The translations under genes were made by a program, and so were the position numbers. Source: Lenisia limosa (Eukaryota; Protista; Breviatea). From it: a stretch of DNA of 33,787 bases. The stretch lies in the NCBI GenBank assembly GCA_001655205.1, contig LPNZ01008087.1, forward strand, positions 1 through 33,787, written 5' to 3'. The notes under the pieces were generated by a model. The model saw only the letters and a list, made by a program, of their open reading frames with translations, did no database searches and was not told where the DNA came from. Below, piece by piece: positions 10,919 to 22,725 of the stretch. Position 1 is the first letter of the stretch; each line of letters starts with the position of its first letter.

Positions 10919-13900
10919 ATGGTTTGCTTATCTCTAATGGAGGCAGTTTTTATAACTTACGTAGCCCCCGAAGAAGACTACAGGAACCAAAAAGACCGGT
11001 GGGCGTAAAAGCCGCTCTCGCTCTCGCCAGGTCGAAATTGGTTTGTAGGTGTAGTGTTTTCTTTATTTTGATGACACATGCCTTGTCTACTGCTTCCCTT
11101 TTCTCTAACCCTTAAGAAAAAGCTGCTGAGTTGGAAAGGCTAAAAGCTGAACAAAGTAGGAACCAAGAGGATATACTAATTTTATGGAGCTTGTTGTTGT
11201 GGGGTTCATCTATTAGTTGAGCAACAGCGACTTGAAGCGGAGCGTTTGGAGAAAGAAGCACACGAGCATCGTCTCAAAGCTGAGGGCGACAGGAGGCGGT
11301 TTGCTGAAAATTATTCACATACCGTTTTTCTATATATATGTACCATGAAAAAGCCTTGTAAAGGAAGGTGGCCTGGGGTTGAAAATCGGTTAGGTGGTAT
11401 ATTTTCTTTGCAGCCTTTGTAAGAGTTTTATTGACAGCTTTCCTTCTATTTTATTTATTTGTGTAAGTAAATCAGTTACATTTTTTTACAAAGTAGACGT
11501 GAAGAGGCAGCCCGAATTAAAGCCGAAGAAGACGAGGTTTCCCTCTTGGAGGCCCAGGTCAAAGATCGATGGACTGTCAAAGAAAATGCTGACAGAGCTG
11601 CAAAAGAAGTGAGAACCGTGGCTATTTATAACAATGTAGTGGCAAGATTATATCACTTGTGCCTCAGCTCCTGCTGCAACTGATGAAGCCGCCGTGCGAA
11701 CTTTCTGTAGTTTGTGGAGAGATAAGACCCAAGAAGACCCCCAAAAGACTGCAGATGAATGCCAAAAAGCCCTTGATGTGGGTACCTGGAAAAGTTATCT
11801 GTATTGTACATATAGTACATATACTAGTACATATGATGATATAGTACACAGCATAATATATGATATACTGTATGAGCTCAAGGCATTTTATATGATATGT
11901 ATAACCTTCCAGCTTATAACTTCACTCGAAGTTGAGGTTTGTAAGAAGGAGCAAGAAGGTCATTATGATGAGGCTAAGAACACGTCTCTCTTAATGTAGG
12001 TGTTAAATAAAATAAAATACAAGACTCTGACTGAGGCTTTAGGAATGAGGTGGTTGAACTTGTTAATGCAAAAGTTGACGAAGTGACAAGTTACCTGATT
12101 GAGGTTTGCCGTTGATTGAGGTTTGCTTTATCTTTTAGCGGTCAGACCGTTTTGTGAACTCGAGAGGAGAAGTGTTGAGAACTGCCATCGCAGATGATAT
12201 TGTGTATGTATCTGGTTACTTGTGTTGTGTTAGCTGACTATTTAGGATTGGATGTTGGGTAAATATCGCAAAGGTAAGTCCAATTCCACGTTGTGTAGCT
12301 AATTGATCCTAGAATCCTCGAGTATCCTCAAGAGGCCTCATATTTGCCGAACAAACAAGATTAACCTCTTCCATCCCCAAATCCCTTGCGTTGGCATCAG
12401 TGGCTGTTCGAATGGTTAAACTTCGCCGTGACCATTTAACGACTTCCACAAGCCCAATGACTACTCTTGGTGGCGTTTGCCTTTATGACCTTCTCAGTAT
12501 GCTAATATTCAAAATAACCTTTCAGCAATCCCCCCACCACCCAAAAAGGCTAATGGTTGGACATTCCGAATGGTAAGTGCTTTACGTGGCTGTACAAGTC
12601 ATATGTTCCCATTACTACATATATTTTTGGCGATCCCCTCTAATTTAGAATCAGTCGTTGGGTTTTACTTGAACAAGACTCCCGCCCTTAACCATTCCAG
12701 GACGTGACCTCCGACTTGATACCCGTATCCTACCCTCTCCCCCAATCTGCAGACTCCACACCAGCCGGTTTGCCTAACTTAGTTCTCATTTTTGCAGTTG
12801 CCGGAAGTGCCCATTGGCCAGCTTTGAAAGTGGCCTTCCCCGTTCCTTCTGATGTTGCGGTAAGAAACCTTGCTGACCCGAAAATTGCCTGGTGGGACAT
12901 TCAAAAGAAAGGTATGGTTTATCGTGTTGTGTTACGGGTTGTAGCTTGGCTTGAAGAAGGTATCACGGAAGTACGATTCAATGCTACCTCCCGCGTTCTC
13001 TCTTTTCACACAACCCACCTTGCCCCTTTGGCAATTGTGCAAAATGGCGTTTGAGGGGCTTGGTTGGATGACAAAAGAACGCCTTCTTATAATATGGCAT
13101 GTTGATTTGACCCATAATACAGCGATTTTCCTCACCGTGATACACTCGGGATAAAACCCTCGTGTTATCTTTGTTCATCATTTCGACTTGAAAGTCGGTC
13201 GTATCATATGGGTTAAATACAACATGTTAATTTGCCTCATAATAATATAGCATGTTGATTTGCCACTGAAAGAGTGGTCCTTGACAGCTGCGGGCCCCAA
13301 CAAGGCGGTTCTGAGCTTGGTTTCCCCTATCACACAAGTTGAAATCGAAATTAGTAGGAAATTGGTTTCATATTCAAACATTAACCCTTTCAGCCGAGAA
13401 TTCCCTCCGACTGTTACAACCCACTATTCCGGAGTTGGAGCACCTTAGGACACATAAATACCAGCCAGTTGATTTCTTCAGACGCCTCCACCTTGCTGGT
13501 TTGTTTTTACCTGAGTCTATAAACAATCTAGGTGTTTCCATTCACCCTGGACGCGACCTTCAAGACTCACTTGTTGGGGTCATGCACAAGGTTTGTTCAT
13601 CTGGCACTGCTTATTGTTCAGACAAGTGAGACTGAGGAAATGCTGAGTCGGGACATTAGTCTTGTTTGCTGTGCATATGCTGTGGCTGGGTCGAAGTGGA
13701 ACCAGTCTCGAGGTGCAAACCGGGCCCTTTTCTTGATCCGAGAAAATACATCATGGCTGAGTCCGGCGGAAGCAGAGGAGGCAGGTTTGGAAGAGCAAAA
13801 TGCAAATGAAGAAAAGGAGTCCCCTGAAGAAAGCCTGGTTTGTATCATTTTAACTCTCCGTTCTTACCAATACAGACCAATAGATCCGAAGTTGACACAG

Positions 13901-14398
13901 AGCAGTAAGTCTCTTGAAAATGGTATTCATCCTTTAGTCGCCCGTCTTCAAGCAGAAGTACCGCCGCCCAAAGTAATAAATCCCCCCCTTCCACCCCAAC
14001 CTCACAAGAAGCTTCACCACAAAATGTATGGAGTGCTTTGTGATTGTTGTGTCTCATGAGCAGGATGGATCCTCGTCAGACGCTGACTGGCACAGCATTG
14101 TGATGCAAGACTCGTCATATTGGAGAGCGAAGACAGATGAAACGGATGAATCTTGTTCTGAGGAGGTTAGACGTCCTCTCAATGCGCTAACGTCGTAGAT
14201 GGTAGAGGGCGCTCGATTCCACCCGAGATTGTATACCTTACTTTCATCTGAAGCCCAAACTGCTACTGCTGCGAGAATTATTAGAGAAGTGAGGAAAACA
14301 TGTAGTAGTCAATGTAACCACTATAGACCTCCCCCCATTTTATTGAAACGGTGAGAGCCACACTTCTTGCATGCCGCCCCTTCTCTGTTACCTCTTAA
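10919..14398 (+). CDS. DNAI7: Dynein axonemal intermediate chain 7 (CASC1/CFAP94/IC97) homolog
   Basis: Begins MPPKKTTGTKK, then a charged coiled coil. Further matches to DNAI7: WQDYITCASAP...VRTFCSLWRDK, IGCWVNIAKNPR, MTTLGGVCLYDLL, PKIAWWD, HVDLPLKEWSLTAAGPNKAVL, AYAVAGSKWNQ, RFHPRLY, and the end FIETVRATLLACRPFSVTS*. Stop TAA at 14396-14398. Confidence 0.9.
13098..13226. mobile_element. Putative MITE-like insertion with imperfect terminal inverted repeats in DNAI7 intron 13049-13250
   Basis: The left end CATGTTGATTTGACCCATAATAC (13098-13120) matches the reverse complement of the right end GTATCATATGGGTTAAATACAACATG (13201-13226) at 22 of 26 aligned positions. The interior shares TGATACACTCGGGAT with 1002-1016, and GTCGGT with the hairpin elements. 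Confidence 0.55.
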
Positions 14399-14481
14399 GT
14401 ATTTATTTGTTTGTACTGTACCAATATACCGAATCGCATGGTTGACCACACATAGGGTGAAACTGGAATAGTATTCTCAAT

Positions 14482-15105
14482 CTATGAAGAAGGGCCCTGC
14501 TGATAGGGCTGGCTGGGGTGCTGAATGTGATAAGAGTGGGGGTACATGACTGGAGATCGGGGCTCGTAGGGGACTGGTGCGGTCGGATAGGGCTCCTTGG
14601 GTGTAAGGAAACTCAAAAAAACAAAAACAAAAAGCAATCATACTTGGTGATGTTGGAAGTTGGGAACTGAAGAGTACTGGACATGATTGTGCCGCCTTCG
14701 ACACATGAAAAGACAAAAGGCTATTGAGCCCGTCAGCAGAGCAAGTACAAAGAACACCACCACTGGCGAGGCCTGAAGCTGTCACGAGGAACACTTCGCT
14801 ACTGGCTCACCATTTCATCGTCTGAGTTGCAGACATAGGATTTACTAAAAGACCATGGGCATATGTCGTTAGGGTCAATATCAGAACTAAAGCAGCCACT
14901 CCTCGTTGTGAACTTCTTGCATGTTAAATATGTACAATCGCAATGCCTGAAGAGATCAAGAACATAGAAGCGCCTACGTGCCATCAATACACTCGTCTTT
15001 CGTCAACGTCGGGCAATCTGTGGATGCAAACACACATGTAAGCAAAACAACAAGGTAGAAGAGGACGAGAGAGAGGTTAGAACGGCGAGAATACACGAGT
15101 TTCAT
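14482..15105 (-). CDS. Orphan 168-aa type I membrane protein: signal peptide, 8-Cys ectodomain, one TM helix, Pro/Tyr-rich tail
   Basis: Four exons (15105-14978, 14946-14811, 14772-14644, 14595-14482) splice in frame to MKLVYSRRSNLSLVLFYLVVLLTCVFASTDCPTLTKDECIDGTHCDCTYLTCKKFTTRSGCFSSDIDPNDICPWSFSKSYVCNSDDEMASPVVVFFVLALLTGSIAFCLFMCRRRHNHVQYSSVPNFQHHQEPYPTAPVPYEPRSPVMYPHSYHIQHPSQPYQQGPSS*. Confidence 0.85.
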
Positions 15106-15434
15106 GTCATACAATTCAAGCTGCCTCACATTGGAATCTAAATTGAATATATGGATATATATAAACTCACTTCTACTTCTCTAACGTATTAAATTTTCCA
15201 TGTGATTTCGAACTTTAATTAAATTAAATCACAGGGATGACAATAATCCGGCTATTCATCGTCTTTTCGCCTTTTTCGCCTCCCTCTCCAGCTCTTCCTC
15301 TCCTCTCTACCATCATACATACAACATACATATACTAGAACATTCTTAGATATCCTGTAGATATCAATCATTTTCATAACCCTTCTCTGACTCATGTAAC
15401 AGTTCGCCTCACCTCAAAGCCTTCCTGAAACATC

Positions 15435-18400
15435 ATGTCAAGGTCCAAATCCTACTCAATGCGACCGTCTAATCCAAAATCACAACATCCTCCTTCTGGT
15501 TCAGACTATTTTGTACAGGAAAACGAAAAGCTTCAACAAGAGAAGCAACGCGCAAGAGTGAAGGAATGGAACCAAAGGTACAGGATTCAGGATGTTTTGT
15601 TTTCACAGAATAGAAAACCAGTGGATATTCCTGTAGAGTCAAGTGATGAAGACGAATCAGTAAGATTGGATTTGTTGTAATAAATTTTGTTTAGGAAGAC
15701 CCTGAACATTTGCACAAGGTTTCGTTGCATATATTAGAGGAATATAGCAAAGGTGAGAAAAATTGTTATAGTTGCATAACTCACATTTTAGCCGATACTT
15801 TAGAAAAGGTGTCACACTCGGTTAGTTTTTGAGCCTTGGTCATAGCATTTCTGAATACAACGTCCCTGGATTCCTCTAATTCTTTAGACGGTTGAATCCC
15901 CCTTTATATCGAGCACTCGACAGACATGCATCATTTGTCTTGAAATGGTAAGGATCTACTAATTTTTATTCCATCAGATTGGGAATGAGGATCCAATTTG
16001 GTCTTGCAACACCTGTGGGGAGTCCCTTCACCTTGGCTGCATTCAAAGCTGGATCCAAAAAGTGGGGCTTTTTTTTTTGTTTAACCCAAAGTGTGGTGTC
16101 CATCCTGGCGACGAAACAGGACATTGGAATTGTCCAAAATGCAGGGCCGAGTTGCCATCATCTGAGTTCCCTACGGAGTACCAATGCTACTGTCGAGCTA
16201 CTATCGACCCTGAGCCTCATATGTGGCTTCCTCCACATTCTTGTGGTGAAACGGTGAGAGTGCATAGCAGGGAGAAAGCTACTTTTTTTTTTATTAACAC
16301 TTTTCTTTTTAGTGTGGCAAGCCATTGTCGTGTGGTCATCATAACTGCATGGTCCTCTGTCATCCCGGTTTGTCATTCACTTTTCTTTTCTATTGTTCTT
16401 CTTTTCCTTTGTCAGTTTTATTAACAGGGTTGCATAATTTTGTCTTCATTTATATATCATTTATTTATATATTCTTATTCTTATTGCGAGATATCATGCA
16501 GGCTTAGGTTTACCATGTAGGAGTCTGTCTCAAATGTCCGGTTGTTGTTGAAAAAGCTCTTTGTTACTGCGGCAAACAATACAAAGCAACTCGGTACGTC
16601 ATTACGTAGCCTTCAGAGAATAAAAAGCAAATTTTCAGTCTTCATTTGGCCATTATTGTTATGTGTTATTGTAGTATTTGGTTCCCATGATTATTAAGAA
16701 CAGATATAATAGTTCATTAAAACAGGATCTCAATCAGAAACTAGTTTTCAAAATCAATTTTTGACACCTAAAAAGCGGACCACAGTCTGAGCATTTTCAG
16801 GGCTGATCAATAAATATGCAGAGCTACATCTCTCACTTAAAAAACTTCTTCATATAAATCCTACATTTTCTAACAATGTAGATGCTCAACATCGCAATGG
16901 TCATGTGGTGAGCCTTGTGCTAAAACTCTTCCCTGTGGCCATCCTTGCCCAATTATGTGTCACGAAGGAGAATGCCCTCCTTGTGGTTTTCCGGTTTGGG
17001 ATTTTATAATTATAATTCTGTATTTCTTGTTTTTAGCTTGTTTATTTTGTAGGTAAAGCGGTACTGTGTCTGTGGTAAAGTACCCATGCGAGTGGTTTGT
17101 TCATACCCACCATTCAGTTGTGAGAAGAGTAAGCAAGTGCTAATGAAACCGTTGACTTACTTTTAGTTTGCGCAAAACCTCTCAATTGTGGTGGTCATAT
17201 TTGCGGACTTGTAAGCTGTGTACTTTTCAGCTTTTTCTAAAATCATTAGATTTGTCATGGTGGCGAATGCCCAGATTGCAGAACGCAGGATCAAACATGC
17301 TTCTGTGGTGCTGAGGTTGACATTCGCAACTGTACTGATCGCCAACGGTCTTGCGGCGGCACATGTAATAAACTCCTTTCCTGTGGCCACCGCTGTCAGC
17401 AAAGATGCCATCCAGGTAGGCTGAGAGTACTGGCTTAACTTTCACCTAATAGGAGACTGTATTTGTGAGCAGCTTGTCAAAATCCGATGCAGGTCAGGGA
17501 GGCTACGTTATTTCTTGGGTTTTTGTTTGATGGANNNNNNNNNNNNNNNNNNNNNNNNNNNNNNNNNNNNNNNNNNNNNNNNNNNNNNNNNNNNNNNNNN
17601 NNNNNNNGAAGTGCGTTGTGGCGCAAGTGAAACGGAATTCCTCTGCCAAAGAAAATGCACCAGAACCAAAAACTGCTCAAGAGTTTGCTTGTCTTCTAAT
17701 ATCACGATTTAGCACCAATGTAAAAGAAAATGCTGTGATGGCAACTGCCCTCCTTGTCTTGAGGTTTGATGTTCTTGCAGAAAACTCTAATGAACAGAAA
17801 TGTGGACGACCGATCTGTCGGAATGGGCATAAATGCCAAGCTCCTTGTCACAATTCACCATGTTACCCTTGTTCAAGTAAGTTACCTCAGCTTCCGCCAG
17901 TAATACTCCAGAAAAATCTATTCACAGTTGCGCCTGCGGAAAGAAAAAAATCGAGGTTTGACTCTTTTATAATCTAAAAACTAGCTCCCTTGTGGACAAG
18001 AGCATTCTGCACGCCCTCTCAAATGTAAAGCAAAATGCCCAAAACCCCCACTCTGCCACCACGCTTCATCTCTTGTAAGCGTGTGGAGCTTCTTTTTGTT
18101 GACATTTTAGTCTCATCAATGTCATTTTGGTCCTTGCCCCACTTGTGAACAAGTCTGTGGCCTGGAGCTTTCTTGTGGGCATAAGTGCAAAGATAAGGTA
18201 GGCTGAGACGATACTACATTTCATTTATCTGCTCCCATTTGCTTCATCTTTACTTACACTTGCAGTGTCATGACTACCTACTTGATGCAGATGAACTCCC
18301 CCCTCTTCCATCATATTCCCCCAACCTTCCAGTCCCCACTTTCCAGAAAATCGCCTGCCCACCTTGCCAAGTTGGTCTCTGTTGTTTTGAGCCAGTAACT

Positions 18401-19635
18401 TTCAAGGAACCTGTTAAAAATACTTGCATTGGAAAGCATGAAGTAAGGATTCCGAGCTTATTTTTTGACTTCCTTTTGTTTTGCTCAATGAATGTAGACC
18501 CGAACACAGCCTTGTAGCGAGAAAATTTTTGAGTGTACAAAACAGTGCACAAATTCACTAGATTGTGGGAAACATCGTTGTCAAAAACCTTGCCATGAAG
18601 TTACTCTACCTCGACTGGCCTCCGGTCATCCTGTTAACCCCCCAAAAGAGGGAGAAGAAGTGGTGGTGAGGGGATGTAAAAACAACAGTTTTATGATTAT
18701 AATTTATTTTTTGTTAGGATAAGTGTGGTGAATGCCGTGCCGTATGTAACTTCAAGCGGGAGTGTGGACATATTTGCCAGGAAAACTGCCACAAAGGTAT
18801 CATTCAAGTTTCTCTCAATTGCCAATTTTCATGCTTTAGGAGATTGTGATCCCTGTATGGAGGTCGTTAAGTTCCCTTGTGTTTGTGGAAAAGTAACAAC
18901 TGACTGCTACTGTTCGCAAACAAGTAAAGCCGATAAATAGTTTGTGGGGTCTTTTGTTTTTTTCAGGTTTGCAAGCAAACCAAACAGGAAGGCATTTCTA
19001 ACCTTATGCAGCTGTCGAATTCCCTGTGTTAAGGTACTTAGCTGCGGTCATCCCTGCAATATTGTCTGTCATGCTAAAAGTGAGCTGATCTGCTTTAAAA
19101 TGTCTTGATTTCTTGTGTTCGACACTAAGAATGCTCTTCAGATGAGTGCAATACCAAGTGTGAACGTATTGTCAAAGTGCGATGTGAATGTCGACGACAA
19201 AAGGTCTCTGTCCCATGCCATGTATCAACATCAAAGCGTGAGCGTTTATTTTATTGTATTGAATCTGAGCTATTAATGAGTTTCAATACTGATTATCAGG
19301 ACGAAACGAATTAGTTCCATGCACTGAGGCTTGCCACACCAAAAAAAATGTTTGTGTTTTGAGTTGTTAAGAAATGAATTTCATCTAACCAAATAGAAGG
19401 TGAAGATAGTGGTGGAAGTGGAGCCGGAACATCCTGTTGAAACGGTACCTGTTGAGCCAGAAACCAAGAGAAATAGTGGGTCAACTATACCATCAACACT
19501 AATCAAGCAGAAATGGTAAATTCCCTTCGCATGGACTGTAAATCATTCTCTTGGATGTTCGGCCTCATTATTGTCATGGCGTTAGTGCATTTCTACAGAT
19601 TTCGTCAAAACGAATCACAGGAACCTTCAGTCTAA
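15435..19635 (+). CDS. NFXL1: NF-X1-type zinc finger protein with RING domain and probable C-terminal TM anchor (NFXL1-like)
   Basis: RING/PHD-like TCIICLEMIGNEDPIWSCNTCGESLHLGCIQSWIQK and WNCPKCR...YQCYCR...WLPPHSCGE, followed by many NF-X1 repeats (CGHPCPIMCHEGECPPC, CGKHRCQKPCHE, CGHPCNIVCH). The best 3' model ends FSWMFGLIIVMALVHFY...QEPSV*, a hydrophobic tail as in NFXL1; no R3H domain (as in NFX1) was seen. Internal gap at 17535-17607. Confidence 0.85.
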
Positions 19636-19754
19636 TTATCCCTTTTTGCTTGTTTTGTCTCTTTTTCATCTTAGTTAATGTATTTCTTGTAGACTGTACC
19701 TTTTATAACCAAGAAAAACAATTACTATATCAACCCAACTGAAATCAACGTAGC

Positions 19755-21365
19755 CTAAGAATTAGCCTCAAGTTCTCTCAACCTCTCCTCCTCCTTCTCA
19801 TCGTCGGTGTCTGTGAAGTCGTCAAAGTCCTCTTCATCCTGAAAAGGTAAGCAAAAAAACTTTGTGGAGGACAGAACCCATCTTCCACCAACACTGTACA
19901 CTTCAGCAGCACGCTGTCTGGCGGCTTCAAATCTGAAAGATAAGAAGTTCACACAACTTCACCTTACCTTGCCTCAATGATTTCCCCATGTTTCGTTCTG
20001 AGTTCAGGGATTTGGTCAACGTCGAAGGTGATTTCGCTAGCAAGGTCCAAACAGGCCTGGCAATCCTCATCTGAAACAACCTTTAGGGGTGAGTGTCTGT
20101 ATTTGTGCGGCTTACAGAAGGGTCCATTCTAAGAAGGGCATAGATTTCTCCTGCGTTTTTGAGGGCCAAAATACGAGCTTCAAAGTGCTGCACTGTAAAA
20201 AGCATAAAAAAAATAATCTCAAACCTTCAAAACGGCCATTCCAAATTTGAAACAAAACACGTAGCCTTCACGAATGAATGACTCAAAATACTAGACTGTC
20301 AGCAAGATCGATCAAAGAGGGTGACTTGCTTCTTGCTCACTCATACCTGGAACAGAGCACTGAAAGGAAGCACGTGGACACAAAGTCCAACAAACCACTT
20401 CTGGGCAAAGGTCTCTAAAGTTGGATAAAAGACATTTATTATGACCAGAAATAAGGGGGTCAAAATGGGGGGGGGGGGGGNNNNNNNNNNNNNNNNNNNN
20501 NNNNNNNNNNNNNNNNNNNNNNNNNNNNNNNNNNNNNNNNNNNNNNNNNNNNNNNNNNNNNNNNNNNNNNNNNNNNNNNNNNNNNNNNNNNNNNNNNNNN
20601 NNNNNNNNGGCCTAAACTTGCGTGAGAGGGACACGAAGAATAAAGGGTTACAATGCTTTGGCAGCAGCTCACCTCGGGAACAACGGTTTTAGCAATGTCA
20701 AAAAAGACGTAAGCGTCACGGACAAAGGAGACTGCCTCATGCTTCCAATATCCAGGAATGTACTTATCTGATTTGGCAAACTTCAAGAGCATCTATAGGA
20801 TAAGGAGTTCTCCTCCCTGGGAAGGATCAAACCTTCACTAATTCATCCTTCTCAATCGTCAATGAAAGGAAAGAAGTAACGTATGACATTCCCTAAAACA
20901 GTTGGATTCGATTATACACNNNNNNNNNNNNNNNNNNNNNNNNNNNNNNNNNNNNNNNNNNNNNNNNNNNNNNNNNNNNNNNNNNNNNNNNNNNNNNNNN
21001 NNNNNNNNNNNNNNNNNNNNNNNNNNNNNNNNNNNNNNNNNNNNNNNNNNNNNNNNNNNGCAAGGATTTGAGACAGGTACTTGCGATCCTCCTGAAAGAT
21101 GCATGAGCAGCTGGAAAACCCAGGAGGCTCCTCGACAAAGTCATACCTCATCAAGGAAGGTCCTTTCAGCATCGTGGACGACAATACGCTCAGGAACAAG
21201 ATCAGCTGAAACTGACAGAGGCAGCTCTTCGGTTAACCCTGTCAATTCAGGCCATTCTTTCACAATATCAAAGATTCCCTCAGCCTTCTCTTCCACAAAT
21301 CCACCATCGCGATTGAAAAGAGGAGCCTCCTTCACTCTATCCAAAAATCCTTCTCTTCTCAGCAT
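19755..21365 (-). CDS. TBC-domain Rab GTPase-activating protein
   Basis: Spliced motifs IVVHDAERTF (IxxDxxR-like), GMSYVTSFLSL (follows the YxQ motif, which is hidden in a gap), FAQKWFVGLCVHVLPFSALFQYFESFIREG, and an acidic tail DEEDFDDFTDTDDE. Two N gaps interrupt the gene. Confidence 0.8.
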
Positions 21366-21742
21366 TTTATAATAAATTTACGCTTACAAATCTACAAACT
21401 AACAACAACAGAATAATTATTTAGTTATTTTTTTTAAAGGAAAACCAGGAAAACAGGCACCAGGTAAAGAGTGTTGCCCCGCCGGGAAATTAAGGGAAGT
21501 GGGGCTGCGATTTAGCATAGTAAAAATAGTTGGTTGGTTTTATATGACGGTTTACACTAACAGAGCACGAAGATCAGAGGCCGGGGGAGAAGAGGGAGGA
21601 GAGATCCAACCAAAACATCACGAACTGACTATTGAACTTTTGATGAAAAAAAAGGTGAAATCGAGATGATTCATGATAAAACAGAACTTCCACAATTGCC
21701 TAGAGTTAAGTTTGTTCATCAAAACTCTCAAATGAAAATTGC

Positions 21743-22379
21743 TTAGGCGTTGATAACGTTGGAAGCAACGGTGTCGAGGTCCTTGTGGCCAGCGGGGGTA
21801 AGGTAACGACCGTTCTTGTGGTGCTTCACAAGCTTCATGTCCTCGAACTGCTGGAGGATGGTACGGATGATCTTACCAGAGGCAAGACGAACGTGAGCGG
21901 GCTTGGTTCCACGGTTGATGGAGCCACCGTAGACACGACGGAAAGCGCCAACACCAGTGTTGCGGCGAATGTAAAGTTTGCGAGCAATAGAGGCTAAAAA
22001 ACAATTAGAGGATGCCAAACAAAAATTTTGACATTATCCTAAGCTCTCTTTGTACAGCTATAGCACAATCAAATGACAAGAGACACATATTATGCCAACA
22101 GTCGCGTACCGGCACGAATGTAGTACCAGTCCTCATCATAGGGAGCAAGCTCCTTGTTGACACCAGTCTTGACGAGCTCAGTCCAGGCGGGGACTAAAAT
22201 ATGATTCACAATTCAAAAGTTCAAAAAAAAGCAAAAGCTTGAATAATCAATAAACAAAGGACTCTGAAACAATAAAGGAGCATACTCTGGAACTTCTTGG
22301 AGCGCTTCAAGTGCTGGGCAAAAGCATTGATGAACTCAGGAGCTGAGACGTCCTTAACAGAGGCAGCGCGCTTGGGCAT
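21743..22379 (-). CDS. RPS19: 40S ribosomal protein S19 (eS19)
   Basis: [27 protein letters not shown]...[51 protein letters not shown]...[13 protein letters not shown]. Two coding introns plus a 5'-UTR intron ending immediately before the ATG; strongly biased codon usage. Confidence 0.98.
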
Positions 22380-22525
22380 CTAAAAAGGTTGGACAACAAA
22401 GTAAGGCGCAGATAAAACGGGACACTGTACAGCAATAATAACAATGAAAGCATTTCACATACATTTATCAAGCAAAGCTGTAAAAAGAGGTTGAAAAAAG
22501 AGAAAATATTCTGAAGAAAGGGAAA

Positions 22526-22545
22526 TGAACTGAACTGAACTGAAC
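22526..22545 (-). promoter_or_regulatory. (GTTCA)x4 pentamer repeat upstream of RPS19, candidate promoter motif
   Basis: TGAAC x4 on the + strand. AGTTCAGT also occurs in sense orientation upstream of WDR17 (4068-4075) and PIGW (25453-25460). Function is inferred only. Confidence 0.3.
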
Positions 22546-22725
22546 TTCGGATTTACGATTTTAAAAATCCACCTCACTTCCCTCATGCTTGTCCTTCCAC
22601 CCCTTCCCCTTGTCAACCCGTTGCCATTTTAACTTTTATTTTTGTTTTTTCACCTAGTATCTACCGGATTACTGGTGCAGCAGGTTTCCCTCCCTTTTTT
22701 TCACCAGCGGTTTTTGATTTGTCAT

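Noticed and set aside
12322-12329. GTATCCTC as a U12-type donor
   Set aside because: It lies inside a DNAI7 exon whose translation (NPRVSSRGLIF) continues in frame with homologous sequence.
15090-15105. MKLV start suggesting SmD1
   Set aside because: The continuation is a signal peptide and Cys-rich domain with no Sm fold motifs.
16010-16060. Suspected frameshift in the NFXL1 RING (and similarly in WDR17 near 4530)
   Set aside because: Recounting the homopolymers shows both read in frame (TCGESLHLGC; YVFLLDK).
836-20480. Poly-G tracts next to N gaps (836-848, 20467-20480) as G-quadruplex elements
   Set aside because: They are single runs at contig ends and are best explained as sequencing or assembly break points.
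21990-22465. snoRNAs in RPS19 introns
   Set aside because: No paired C (RUGAUGA) and D (CUGA) boxes or H/ACA hairpins could be supported.
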